This document shows, piece by piece, positions 1 through 9,648 of a DNA stretch of 64,000 nucleotides. A program made the translations under genes and the position numbers. The DNA comes from Candidatus Aenigmatarchaeota archaeon. Its GTDB lineage: Archaea; Aenigmatarchaeota; Aenigmatarchaeia; CG10238-14; SpSt-28. The notes under the pieces are model-generated. The model saw only the letters and a list, made by a program, of their open reading frames with translations. It was not told the DNA's origin and did not search any database. Every line of letters begins with the position of its first letter. Position 1 is the stretch's first letter. The stretch covers positions 1 to 64,000 of the forward strand of contig JAVVFY010000002.1 of the NCBI GenBank assembly GCA_032249395.1, read 5' to 3'.

Positions 1-233
1 TATCTAGGTATTTTGGGTGTATGGACCACAACCTCAAATTTTCTCACCTAAAAATATAAGCTACAGCTTCTTCAACATAGTTGAACCCATAAACAACTCC
101 ATTATATTTCTTAAATTAGCTGAATTCTTAATTCTTATAAGAATATTAGCAACTATATCCGATGTGGCAATAAATTAACCTAATTAATTTAAAAGAAAAG
201 TTTGTATAAAAATTTATCTGTTTATATGGTTTT

Positions 234-1088
234 CTAACGGCCACCAAAGAGATATATTATTATGTCAATTATGAACAAAAGAACTATCAAAGTTTCTAAA
301 AGCTCCGTCTTTTTTTCATAAGTAACCCTCGAAGCGAAGTCCATTAAATTGCTAAGATAGTTTAGTTTAGTATTCAATACTCCTAATCTGTATCTAAACT
401 CAAAGAAATCTCTCAAGGAATAATAAACCTTTTGAACTTTTTGACTCGTTGATGCTATCTCTGGCCTCTCAATGAGCATTAAATCAGATATTATCGCACT
501 CTTTATCTTTGTTGTATTAATAATATACTCAAAAATTTTTCCGCTTCTGGCAAGAATTGCCGGTCTTTTTACATAAGAAATTATCTCATTTGTTGAGTCT
601 ATCAACATCTCAACATCTTCTTCAATACCACTCAAGGATGCATCTTGAGCAATAGCTAAAGCAATAACCTTTTTTGTTTCCTCATCGAATGATTTTTTAA
701 GCATGTAAACATTTTCTTCTGTAACAAAAACTGGATTTTTTATATTTTTAGCTAAATTTTCGATTTCTTTCAAAGAATCGAGAAGGATTACTTCTATAGT
801 AGAGACGGTTTGTTTTTCTTTCTTACCAATCAAATATCTTTTGAATTCTTTTATAACATCTTCTTTAAGATTATCTGATGGATTCTCTAAAACTATTGTT
901 CCAAAGGCAAAAACATAGGCCCTTCCTTTCTCATAATCAATTATTAATGGTTCTTCCCAACTTTTCCTCCACACCTTTTCAAATTTATCTGAGTAGTATT
1001 TCTTAATATCAACTTCATCCGCAATAGAGTATGCTGAAAATATTACCTTTTCCATAGAATCTATCCAATTTATATTTGAATTGGGCAT
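234..1088 (-). CDS. RMD1/DUF155 family protein
   Basis: YVFAFGTIV motif, IALAIAQ..L..IE, FEF..R..LN.KL, C-terminal LETLIVLL TM segment. Confidence 0.8.
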   Translation of the reverse strand: MPNSNINWIDSMEKVIFSAYSIADEVDIKKYYSDKFEKVWRKSWEEPLIIDYEKGRAYVFAFGTIVLENPSDNLKEDVIKEFKRYLIGKKEKQTVSTIEVILLDSLKEIENLAKNIKNPVFVTEENVYMLKKSFDEETKKVIALAIAQDASLSGIEEDVEMLIDSTNEIISYVKRPAILARSGKIFEYIINTTKIKSAIISDLMLIERPEIASTSQKVQKVYYSLRDFFEFRYRLGVLNTKLNYLSNLMDFASRVTYEKKTELLETLIVLLFIIDIIIYLFGGR

Positions 1089-1154
1089 TTAAACGCTTAT
1101 TTCATACTGATTCACTATATTCTTTAACTAAATAAAGCTTTAACAATTTACTAG

Positions 1155-1193
1155 AGATAAATTGCATACAGTCTCAGGTACTCTCCCCAGAAA
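1155..1193 (+). repeat. 39-bp dispersed non-coding motif, copy 1
   Basis: agataaattgcatacagtctcaggtactctccccagaaa; 36/39 identical to 16553-16591. Confidence 0.85.
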
Positions 1194-1235
1194 AGAAAGG
1201 GTATATAAAATGCTAATTAATAAGCGGTGATAAGG

Positions 1236-1418
1236 ATGAAGAGAATAATAAGATGTCCACCAACAAGAGTTATAAGGTTCATTGATGGGTTTGGAAATAG
1301 AAGAGTGTTCATAAGAGGGATCGGAAGCTTTTTGGAAGATGAGGTAATAATAGATACATCTAGCTTCCAGAAAAAGCTTCCCGATTTCATGAATTTTGGG
1401 TACTATAAGGAGGCATAA
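1236..1418 (+). CDS. small hypothetical protein (60 aa)
   Basis: TATA-like gtatataaaa at ~1201, GGTGA SD before ATG 1236; family not recognised. Confidence 0.45.
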   Translation: MKRIIRCPPTRVIRFIDGFGNRRVFIRGIGSFLEDEVIIDTSSFQKKLPDFMNFGYYKEA

Positions 1419-1528
1419 GAATGAAGGTATTAAGAGAAATAAAGATTGCACTGGTTGAAGACAGGAATGTACTAAAGTGGAACATACAATTTGTAAAAGA
1501 TGGAAAGATATTTGGGGTTATAAAGCCC

Positions 1529-2197
1529 TTATAGTTTTTGTAAAACGACAAACAAATGATATTTTTCGTATGGATCTAGCTCAACCTTATCCAAAATCTT
1601 GAAATGCCTCTCAAGCTCTTCTAGACATCTTTGATAAATGACTTTCGGATCTTCCACAGAGCTAATACTTTGCGATTTTATTGCTATGGCTGCATAGCCA
1701 CTAGGCTTCAAAAACTTCTCACTATTTTTAATCAATATAGGTACCTGATCTTCCGAAGCGACATCTTCATAAACAAAATCAACCTTTCCTAAAACGAACT
1801 TTTCATAAGTTTCTGGTTTTCGCGCATCTGCAAGCAAAGGAACAATGTTTTTATATTTTTCTGAAACGAGAAGAGCGTCCTTCAAAACTCTTTCAGCTAT
1901 GTCAACTCCTATAATTAAGCCTTTTGGTCCAATAATATTGCTAAAATAAGTAGCAGTCTTTCCAGCAGCTATTCCTAAATACAAAACTTTCATTCCTTGC
2001 TTTAGAGGAAATGTCTTTATGCCTTTGACTATAGCTGCAGCAGGTTTAGAAGTATGAGGATCCCAAATCCTATATTCAACATTTTCCACTTTAACAATTT
2101 CTTCTCCAAAAGGCCTATAGCCTGGAACTGTATTTACTGTGGCTAATCTTCCATCTACTAAATAAACTCCTTCAAATGGGGTTTTCTCGATCTTCAT
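1529..2197 (-). CDS. flpA: fibrillarin-like rRNA/tRNA 2'-O-methyltransferase
   Basis: EYRIWDP..SK.AA, KVLYLG.A.G.T, DAR.P..Y, LDPYEK.H; next to nop5. Confidence 0.95.
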   Translation of the reverse strand: MKIEKTPFEGVYLVDGRLATVNTVPGYRPFGEEIVKVENVEYRIWDPHTSKPAAAIVKGIKTFPLKQGMKVLYLGIAAGKTATYFSNIIGPKGLIIGVDIAERVLKDALLVSEKYKNIVPLLADARKPETYEKFVLGKVDFVYEDVASEDQVPILIKNSEKFLKPSGYAAIAIKSQSISSVEDPKVIYQRCLEELERHFKILDKVELDPYEKYHLFVVLQKL

Positions 2198-2425
2198 ACT
2201 TTATATTTTCATTTTTATTAGAGAAAAAGTTTTTGACTCAATTTTTCCATATTAAACATAATCTTAATTTTAAAAAACTAATAATCATAAGTATTCTTTT
2301 GACTTTTCTTTGTGAATAACTTTCAAAAACCAAATAGTAGTCTTTCTCAATCTTAAAATAAAATTGATACACTATACACATAAAGAGTTTATTACTACAT
2401 AATCAGTTAAAAGAAACAGAGCCCT

Positions 2426-3499
2426 TCATCCATTTTTATTGTTAAGAATTTCCTTCAACTTCTCTTCCAAATCTCTTTTCAATTCCTCTCTTTTATCATC
2501 TTTTGTATAGTAATCAATCCTAACAGCCAAAGATATTTTGTTTGCAAGTATTCTAGCAACTTTGCCCCTATCTTCTTTCTTCGCATTTTGAATATAGGGA
2601 TGTAAATATATCAAACCATGCTTTGGTGCTTTTCCCTTTCCATGTAAGTATCTAAACAAAGATTTTTCTGCACCTATAAGTTGAATGAGAGATGAAGGTG
2701 CTTTAGCTAACTTCTCTAAACTTCCAGCTTTTGATAAAATTCTAGCAGCTAGTAATGGTCCTGCAATCTCAGAAAAGTTTGGTGCCATTTCCTTCATGGT
2801 AGCAACAACATACTTTTCCAGTCTTTCCCTCAAATCAAAAAGTTTCTCTAAAAATGAAGCATATTCTTTCAAAATTTTTTCATCTTCCTCATTAATCTCT
2901 ATTCCTATACTTTCTTCGGCAAGCTTTTCATAACCTTCTACATTTTCTCTTTTTCCATATTTGGCAACAAGCTTAGCAAATTTTTCATGAGAGGCAACAG
3001 CTCTATTCAGCTCGGGAAAATGCAAACCATACCACTCTCTAAGTCTTTCTGAAAAGACATTCAAAACTTTATCGATTTCATCTAGCGCCCTAACAGCTTG
3101 AACAACTAAAGAATCTCTTTTGGCAGAGATTTTTATTTGAACTTTTGTGAGTTCTACACTAACCTCTCTAAACAAATTGTTAAACTCTTCTTCATCTTTA
3201 ACAATCTTTCTTTCTAAAGCAATTTGTAAAAGATTTTCTTTAATGTAATTCTCGGCTTTACTATTTTCTTCAACATGCTTTACATCTTGTTTGTTTATAG
3301 GATAAACGAACTCTTTAAAGCCTTTTTTCCAAAGTTGAGTTTGTAGTTTCTTTTCCTCATCTATAACCTTTAGATCAGATTCTTTCAATTTTCTCGCTAT
3401 CTCTTTTGCATCCTTCTTAAATGGAACAAAACCTACAATTTTATTGTTTTCGTCTACCCCAAAAACTCCTAGGAATGTAGTTATAATATAAGCTTTCAT
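2426..3499 (-). CDS. nop5: C/D box sRNP protein Nop5/Nop56
   Basis: RLREWYGLHFPEL, APN, IQLIGAEK, PKHGLIY. Confidence 0.95.
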   Translation of the reverse strand: MKAYIITTFLGVFGVDENNKIVGFVPFKKDAKEIARKLKESDLKVIDEEKKLQTQLWKKGFKEFVYPINKQDVKHVEENSKAENYIKENLLQIALERKIVKDEEEFNNLFREVSVELTKVQIKISAKRDSLVVQAVRALDEIDKVLNVFSERLREWYGLHFPELNRAVASHEKFAKLVAKYGKRENVEGYEKLAEESIGIEINEEDEKILKEYASFLEKLFDLRERLEKYVVATMKEMAPNFSEIAGPLLAARILSKAGSLEKLAKAPSSLIQLIGAEKSLFRYLHGKGKAPKHGLIYLHPYIQNAKKEDRGKVARILANKISLAVRIDYYTKDDKREELKRDLEEKLKEILNNKNG

Positions 3500-3533
3500 A
3501 AAATTTTTAATGAAACGTAAGTTTAAAAGGAAT

Positions 3534-3767
3534 ATGGAGCTTATCGGGTTGGCACTAATTTCAATAGGAATATTCGCGATAGTAGTTGGTTTATTGATTC
3601 TAGCATTTTCGAAATCAACAAAAGTTGAAGGCGGAGGAGTAGTACTAGTTGGACCTTTACCAATAATTTTTGGAAGTAGTGAAAGAATTGTTTATATTGT
3701 TTTAGCTATAACTTTGACGATAATAATGCTTTTATACTTATTCATAATATTATTTTCATGGCGTTGA
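3534..3767 (+). CDS. DUF131/TIGR00304 family membrane protein
   Basis: EGGGVVLVGPLPIIFGS signature between two TM helices. Confidence 0.85.
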   Translation: MELIGLALISIGIFAIVVGLLILAFSKSTKVEGGGVVLVGPLPIIFGSSERIVYIVLAITLTIIMLLYLFIILFSWR

Positions 3768-4726
3768 AATTAGTATTCTCAATGTTTTTAACAATAGCTC
3801 TACTCTTTGGTTTGCTATTTGGAATTTTGGCAACAATAGGATATTACTTTGGAATTAGCGGATATGCCATAGTATTGATGGCACTACTCCTAGTATTTCT
3901 ACAATGGTACATAAGTCCTTACATAATAATGTGGACTACAAACATGCAAGAAGCTGATAGGAAAAAATATGGATGGATTTACGATATGGTTGAAAAGATT
4001 TGTAAGAAAACAAAAACCCCTGTGCCAAAGAAAATATTTATTGTAAATTCCGGTGCACCAAACGCTTTTGTTTTTGGAAGAACACCAAAATCGGCTTACC
4101 TTGCAATAACAAGAGGACTAATTAACACTCTTGATAAGGAAGAAATTGAGGCCGTAATAGGACATGAAATGGGACACATAAATCATAAAGACATGGTAGT
4201 GATGACTGTCGTTGCAGCAATCCCTGTTTTAGCATATTTTGTCGCTAGATTTCTGATATTTGCTCCAAAAGAAAGCGAAAGGAGAAATGTTGGTGCAGCA
4301 ATCTTAGTTGGTATAATAGCATACATAATTTATTTCTTATCAAACTTGCTTGTTCTTTATCTTTCTAGATTAAGAGAATTTTACGCTGATAGATTTTCTG
4401 GAGAGCATACAAATCCTCGAGCATTGGCAAGAGCTTTAGCAAAAATAACTTATGGGTTATCAACTAGTGAAGATAGGATTGAAAATTCTGCAGTAAGATC
4501 GTTCTTTATTGCAGACCCAATAACGGCAACAAAAGAGATTTCAACATTCAGAAACGAATATGATGACTTAGAAATCGATGAAACTGAATTGAAAAAAGCA
4601 ATGGAATGGGAGAAAAAGAATATATTCGCTCGGGTAGCTGAAATATTTTCGACCCACCCACTGACTTTTAAAAGGATAAAGGCGCTTAAAGAACTGGAAG
4701 TAGAATTAAAGTCAAAAAATAAATAA
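3758..4726 (+). CDS. htpX: membrane zinc metalloprotease HtpX (M48)
   Basis: PNAF, HEMGH zincin motif, SR.RE..AD, STHP. Confidence 0.93.
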   Translation: MALKLVFSMFLTIALLFGLLFGILATIGYYFGISGYAIVLMALLLVFLQWYISPYIIMWTTNMQEADRKKYGWIYDMVEKICKKTKTPVPKKIFIVNSGAPNAFVFGRTPKSAYLAITRGLINTLDKEEIEAVIGHEMGHINHKDMVVMTVVAAIPVLAYFVARFLIFAPKESERRNVGAAILVGIIAYIIYFLSNLLVLYLSRLREFYADRFSGEHTNPRALARALAKITYGLSTSEDRIENSAVRSFFIADPITATKEISTFRNEYDDLEIDETELKKAMEWEKKNIFARVAEIFSTHPLTFKRIKALKELEVELKSKNK

Positions 4727-4730
4727 TTTT

Positions 4731-5450
4731 ATGAAATACTTGTTGCTCTCAAAAGATTTTAAAATTGTAGTAGAAGAGGGAAAAAGTAAAATATCGACTC
4801 ATCTTGGAAATATTGATTTGAAGAACCTGAAAAAGAGAAAGAAAATAAAATCGCATTTGGGAAAAGAATTTTTTGTAGTTAAACCAAACATTCTTGATTT
4901 AATAGAAGAAATGAAAAGAGGCGCACAAGTTATATTGCCTAAAGATGTTGCAATTATAATTGCTTATACTGGTTTAATGCCTTACTGGAAAGTTTTAGAT
5001 GTTGGAACTGGAAGTGCTTTCTCTTCAATATTTCTTGCAAATTATTTGACTAAAGGAAAAGTTGTTACCTATGAAAAGGATGAAAGATTCTATAAAATTG
5101 CAAAAGAAAACATTGAGTTTTCGGAGTTGAAAAACATCAAGATCGTAAAAAAAGATTTTCTTAAAGGAATTAAAGAAAAAGATTTTGACCTAATACTTCT
5201 TGATTTAGAAGAAGCAAACAAAGCGATAAAGATTGCTTATAAATCTCTTAAAGTTGGTGGATATCTTGTTGTTTATTCACCGACCGTAAATCATTTGATG
5301 AAAGTTTGCAAAGAGATGAAAAAGTTTGATTTTACAGAGATGAAAATAGTTGAGAATATTGTTAGAGAGTGGCAATTTGAAAAAACTCTTAGACCAAAAA
5401 CAAAAGGAATAATGCACACTGGCTTTATAACAATAGCAAGAAAGATTTAA
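4731..5450 (+). CDS. trmI: tRNA m1A57/58 methyltransferase TrmI
   Basis: KRGAQVILPKD, DVGTGS, C-terminal RP...HTGF. Confidence 0.9.
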   Translation: MKYLLLSKDFKIVVEEGKSKISTHLGNIDLKNLKKRKKIKSHLGKEFFVVKPNILDLIEEMKRGAQVILPKDVAIIIAYTGLMPYWKVLDVGTGSAFSSIFLANYLTKGKVVTYEKDERFYKIAKENIEFSELKNIKIVKKDFLKGIKEKDFDLILLDLEEANKAIKIAYKSLKVGGYLVVYSPTVNHLMKVCKEMKKFDFTEMKIVENIVREWQFEKTLRPKTKGIMHTGFITIARKI

Positions 5451-5464
5451 AAAATCATACAAAC

Positions 5465-5916
5465 AAAACCTTTGCTCAAAAATGGAATTAAAGCACAAAT
5501 TATTGCTAGGATATACCAACTTTTAATATTAATTGCTCCTTTAGTTGACTCTCCGTCTTCTCCCTATTCCTTCCAATTCTTTATTTCATTTACAAAAATA
5601 CGTGGGATTGGAATAACGAATCAGCATCATAACCATCTTTACCATTTTTATCCAAAATGTAAATTACATCAAAACAAACCAATTATCGAAATGTTAATTA
5701 TTATACCTTTTCTATTCCTACATAAAATCTGTTTCAGACTTTTTCAATTCCTCTATCCTATTCTTAGCGCAACAAAACTCTCCGAACCAATTGGCTGTCT
5801 TGAAACCTTTGAATCAACCTCAATTCCAACTATTTCAATATCATAAGAATATTTCTTACATTCTTCTTTAGTATCCTCGATTTCTACTGGATTTTTGAGC
5901 TTACTAAAACTTTCAT
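5465..5916 (-). pseudogene. yjjX: degraded inosine/xanthosine triphosphatase (YjjX/NTPase_I-T family)
   Basis: minus-strand fragments in shifting frames: MKVLVS-, KNPVEIE, VDSKVSRQPIG, KNRIEELKK, YVGIEKG, KGAI, AIICALIPF; several frameshifts. Confidence 0.75.
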
Positions 5917-5948
5917 TAATAGATTTGATAAAGAAATTAAAAATTGGT

Positions 5949-6023
5949 GGGGCCGTGGTGTAGCTTGGTTAGCACGCGAGCCTCGGGCGCTCGAAGTCCT
6001 GGGTTCAAATCCCAGCGGCCCCA
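5949..6023 (+). tRNA. tRNA-Pro(CGG)
   Basis: GGGGCCG/CGGCCCC acceptor, CGAGC-CT CGG GC-GCTCG anticodon arm, TTCAAAT T-loop. Confidence 0.95.
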
Positions 6024-6056
6024 ACTAGTTTATGAATTGATAAGAAAATTCATTTT

Positions 6057-6368
6057 ATGAGAAGAGGCAAAAAACCTGAGTGGCAAAGAAAGATTGCAAA
6101 AGAGAGAATAGAGATTCTTTTGAATCTAGCAAAAATCGAAGTAAAAAAGAATTTGGAAAGAGCAAGAAGATATGTAGAGTTAGCGAGAACGATTGGAAAG
6201 AGATACAATGTTAGACTAACAAGAGAACAAAAAGATTCTTTTTGTAAAAAATGTAATACTCCTTTAATTCCAAGCTTTACAATGAAGACTTGGCTGGATC
6301 CTCAAACTAAAACAAAAATTATTAAATGTCTAAAATGCAATTATATTTATAGAAAACCATATAAGTGA
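6057..6368 (+). CDS. rnp4: RNase P protein Rpp21
   Basis: IAKERIEIL, ARRYV.LA, CKKC...CLKC zinc ribbon. Confidence 0.93.
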   Translation: MRRGKKPEWQRKIAKERIEILLNLAKIEVKKNLERARRYVELARTIGKRYNVRLTREQKDSFCKKCNTPLIPSFTMKTWLDPQTKTKIIKCLKCNYIYRKPYK

Positions 6369-6372
6369 TAAT

Positions 6373-6603
6373 ATGAGAATGATAACCATATTGGCATTTT
6401 TGGTGATGTTTTTTTCTGCATTTGGTATTTTATTTATATTTGACAATATAAATAAAATAGCAGAAGAATGTCAAAAAGGTCTGCTTAATCCAACTGTTTG
6501 TAGAAACTTCACCGGTTTTGGTATGAATGTGATAATGATTCTTCTGATAATTGCAGGCTTCGTTTTAGTAATTTCCTCTACATTCTTTATAATAATTAGA
6601 TGA
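6373..6603 (+). CDS. small two-TM membrane protein
   Basis: two hydrophobic helices separated by a Cys-containing loop; co-oriented with neighbours. Confidence 0.6.
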   Translation: MRMITILAFLVMFFSAFGILFIFDNINKIAEECQKGLLNPTVCRNFTGFGMNVIMILLIIAGFVLVISSTFFIIIR

Positions 6604-6650
6604 CTACTTGCTAAAAGTAATATTTATAAGCTTTATTTATAAGTGATATT

Positions 6651-7466
6651 ATGATTTCGGTATCCCAAAAAACGATGGATGCATTAAAATCGATAGGCTT
6701 AAACTTGTATGAAAGAAAATTGTGGGTAGCTCTTTTGGCTAGGGGTTCGTCTTCGGTAGGAGAGTTAGCCGATGCTGCAAATGTTCCAAGAAGTAGAGCT
6801 TATGACGTACTACAGAGTTTAGCAAATAAAGGTTTTGTTGTTCTACAGCCATCAAAACCATTAAAAGCTGTAGCTTTGCCTCCAGAAGAGGCTTTAGAAA
6901 GAGTAAAGAAAAGATTGGAAGAAGAATACAGAGAAGCTGTAGCGAGAATTGAAGAACTAAAAGCTAGTCCAGTAATTAGAGAACTAAAAGAAATATATCA
7001 AAAGGGAATCAAATCAATTTCTCCAGAAGAAATAACTAGCGCATTAAAGGGAAGAACTCTAGTATTCCAAAGATTGGAATCTATGTTTAAAGTAGCTTCA
7101 AAAAATATAAGCATAATTACAACTAATGAAGGATTGAAAGAATTAGTAGCTAATCATCTAGAACACTTAAAGCAAGCAAAAGAAAGAGGAGTAGAAATAA
7201 AAATTGTTGTCACACCAACAGAAGAAGCAAAAGAAGAGATAAAAGCATTGAAAGATGTAGGAGATATCAGATTTATAAATGAAAAAGAAATTCCAATAAA
7301 AGGTAATATTGCAATAGTAGATAATAAGGAAGTCATTATGGGATTGGTAAATCCTGAAGAAGAAAAAAGCGAAGAAATAGCAATTTGGACAAAAAGCCCG
7401 CACGCGGCAAGCAACGTATTAGCTCCTATTTTCAACCTAATATGGCAAAAGTCTAGATCAATTTAA
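6651..7466 (+). CDS. TrmB family transcriptional regulator
   Basis: GLNLYE...VPRSRAYDVL.SL..KG wHTH plus C-terminal PLD-like domain (AIVDNKE). Confidence 0.9.
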   Translation: MISVSQKTMDALKSIGLNLYERKLWVALLARGSSSVGELADAANVPRSRAYDVLQSLANKGFVVLQPSKPLKAVALPPEEALERVKKRLEEEYREAVARIEELKASPVIRELKEIYQKGIKSISPEEITSALKGRTLVFQRLESMFKVASKNISIITTNEGLKELVANHLEHLKQAKERGVEIKIVVTPTEEAKEEIKALKDVGDIRFINEKEIPIKGNIAIVDNKEVIMGLVNPEEEKSEEIAIWTKSPHAASNVLAPIFNLIWQKSRSI

Positions 7467-9277
7467 AAACCAGGTCTCTTAGAAACTTCAATCGGCAAAT
7501 TAATCATCTTCTTTGGAAATTCTTTAGTCTCTTCTTCTATTTCTTTTATTAGATCTTCCTCTATCATTTCCCTTATTTGACCTCTTTTTCTATCTCTAAC
7601 CATTAATTTTTTACTTGCAATCTCCTTCTCCCCAAAAACTATTATATAATTTATCCAAGAAGTTTCGGCGTCCCTCACTTTCTTCTCCACAGTCTCTTCC
7701 CTATCGTCTAAGTCGGCTCTAATCATCCTTTCTCTCAACCTAACTACCAGTTTCTTTGCCTCTTCTATGTACTTACTTGAAACTGGTATTATTCTTACCT
7801 GAATAGGAGAGAGCCATAAAGGTAATGTTGGATTTTCCTCCTTTACTAAATTGTCGAAGATCGTGTACATAAATCTCTCCAAACTTCCTAAAATTGCAGT
7901 ATGTAAAATTATTGGATGTCTTTTCTTCCCGTTGTTGTCAACATAAGTTATACCGAATCTCTCAGCATTACCTAAATCTATTTGAACTGTACCTATCTCT
8001 CTTGCTCTACCCAACTCATCTATAATATGATATTCTATATTCAAAACCCAATAGTAGTTTATTCCTGGAGGATAAACACAAATTAAAACCGGATAGTGTT
8101 CTCTTTCAAGCAACTTCATGAAAAATTCTCTATTTTTCTCCAAAAATTCTAAAGAAGTTAGGTTGTATAATGAAACATACTTTCTGCCTAGCTTTTCCAT
8201 TTCTGAATGAATTGTTTTGTGTAAAATTAAAAACTGTTCTTTAGCTTCTTCCAAATCTTTACAAAAAACGTGAAGATCTGGCATCATAAGTCTCCTAACT
8301 CTGAATCCAAGTAAAAGCTCACCAGATTGCTCGAATCTATAACTATCTGCAATCTCAAAAGCTCCAAAAGGCAAACTACTATAACTCAATTGCCAATGTT
8401 TTATCATAGCAAACTGTTGAAAGCATGCTGCATATCTTAGAACTAAATGTCTATCTTCTGACTTTGATACATACATTCTCTGACCAAATAAGGAAGCGTG
8501 TTCTGCGATAGCTTTCTCTTTTAAATTGAACATATTAGTTCCTCTCACAAAGTATACTGGAAATGGTAACTTAGAAACAACACTAGAAACATACTCCCCT
8601 AGCATATCCAAAATAAAAGCACCTAGAGGTCCATACCTCATATGACCCAAATCTGACATTTCTTCCCATTCAATTCCAAATTTCTTCATGAATTTTATAT
8701 AAGAGGGTTCTGGATTTTCTCTTCCTTTAGCACCAAAAGCTTCCTGTTCCACTAAAATCTTAAAATCTTCTTCTCCTTCTTTAAACTTATATCTATCTAC
8801 TTCAATTAAACTTCCATCTTTAGTTAAAACAAAGTACTTCTTCTCTATTTTTCTCTCTAAGGGTTTTCCTTTTATTATATCTTTTAACTGCTCCGCCAAA
8901 GGGTGTCCTTTAACTGAAAAACTTAATCTCTTTATCCAACCGAAAGGTGCCCTATAGACTTCTATTCCCTTCTCTTTTGCCAACCTCTCCATTTCTATTA
9001 GTATTGAAAGAGATGTTGAAGGATCTGCAAGCCTATTAGAAAGATGAGCATATGGATAGATTAATATTTTATTAACTTTTAAGACTTTTAAAGACTTCTC
9101 TATTTCTTCTATGGCCATGTTAGCAAAGCTTTTATCATCATCTTCTTCAATTGTGATTAGTAAAAGAAGGCATTCATCTATTCTTATTCTTCTTTTTTCT
9201 ACTTCTTCTGCTGCACTCATTTCTTTTTGAATTGGTTCATACTCAACAAAGTCTACATGAAGTTGCAATATCTTCAT
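7463..9277 (-). CDS. thrS: threonyl-tRNA synthetase, archaeal type
   Basis: N-terminal editing domain (YPYAHLS, RAPFGW), LRYAACF, FEQSGE, anticodon-binding domain. Confidence 0.97.
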   Translation of the reverse strand: MKILQLHVDFVEYEPIQKEMSAAEEVEKRRIRIDECLLLLITIEEDDDKSFANMAIEEIEKSLKVLKVNKILIYPYAHLSNRLADPSTSLSILIEMERLAKEKGIEVYRAPFGWIKRLSFSVKGHPLAEQLKDIIKGKPLERKIEKKYFVLTKDGSLIEVDRYKFKEGEEDFKILVEQEAFGAKGRENPEPSYIKFMKKFGIEWEEMSDLGHMRYGPLGAFILDMLGEYVSSVVSKLPFPVYFVRGTNMFNLKEKAIAEHASLFGQRMYVSKSEDRHLVLRYAACFQQFAMIKHWQLSYSSLPFGAFEIADSYRFEQSGELLLGFRVRRLMMPDLHVFCKDLEEAKEQFLILHKTIHSEMEKLGRKYVSLYNLTSLEFLEKNREFFMKLLEREHYPVLICVYPPGINYYWVLNIEYHIIDELGRAREIGTVQIDLGNAERFGITYVDNNGKKRHPIILHTAILGSLERFMYTIFDNLVKEENPTLPLWLSPIQVRIIPVSSKYIEEAKKLVVRLRERMIRADLDDREETVEKKVRDAETSWINYIIVFGEKEIASKKLMVRDRKRGQIREMIEEDLIKEIEEETKEFPKKMINLPIEVSKRPGF

Positions 9278-9368
9278 TTATCTCCACCTCTTGTCAAAAT
9301 TAAAGAAACACTAAATAATTTAACTATTAAAGAATAAAAGAAATCTAAACTAAAAAAGTGTTTGGTGT

Positions 9369-9557
9369 TCACCTTGCATAATTTTGTTTTACTTTTTTTA
9401 TATTTAAGCTTTTCTTTTTAAGTAGTGAACTTAAGTAAGCTATCTTTTCCTGCCAAAATTTTGCCTCTTTTAGAGTTCTAGCTTGAAATAGGCATTCTTT
9501 TGCTATTTCCAGTTGCTCCATTATGTAATTTTTTTCTAAGTCAGCTTTACCTCTCAT
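9369..9557 (-). CDS. small hypothetical protein
   Basis: 62-aa ORF filling an intergenic gap; GTGA SD-like element upstream. Confidence 0.5.
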   Translation of the reverse strand: MRGKADLEKNYIMEQLEIAKECLFQARTLKEAKFWQEKIAYLSSLLKKKSLNIKKVKQNYAR

Positions 9558-9648
9558 ATCACTATTTAGTAGTTAAATATTTAAGTTTTACTATTAAACA
9601 GTAATAATGATATTTTGTTTATATTTCTAACCTTATAAAAATAAAAAA

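Noticed and set aside
5472..5846. 124-aa plus-strand ORF
   Set aside because: Shadow of the minus-strand yjjX pseudogene.
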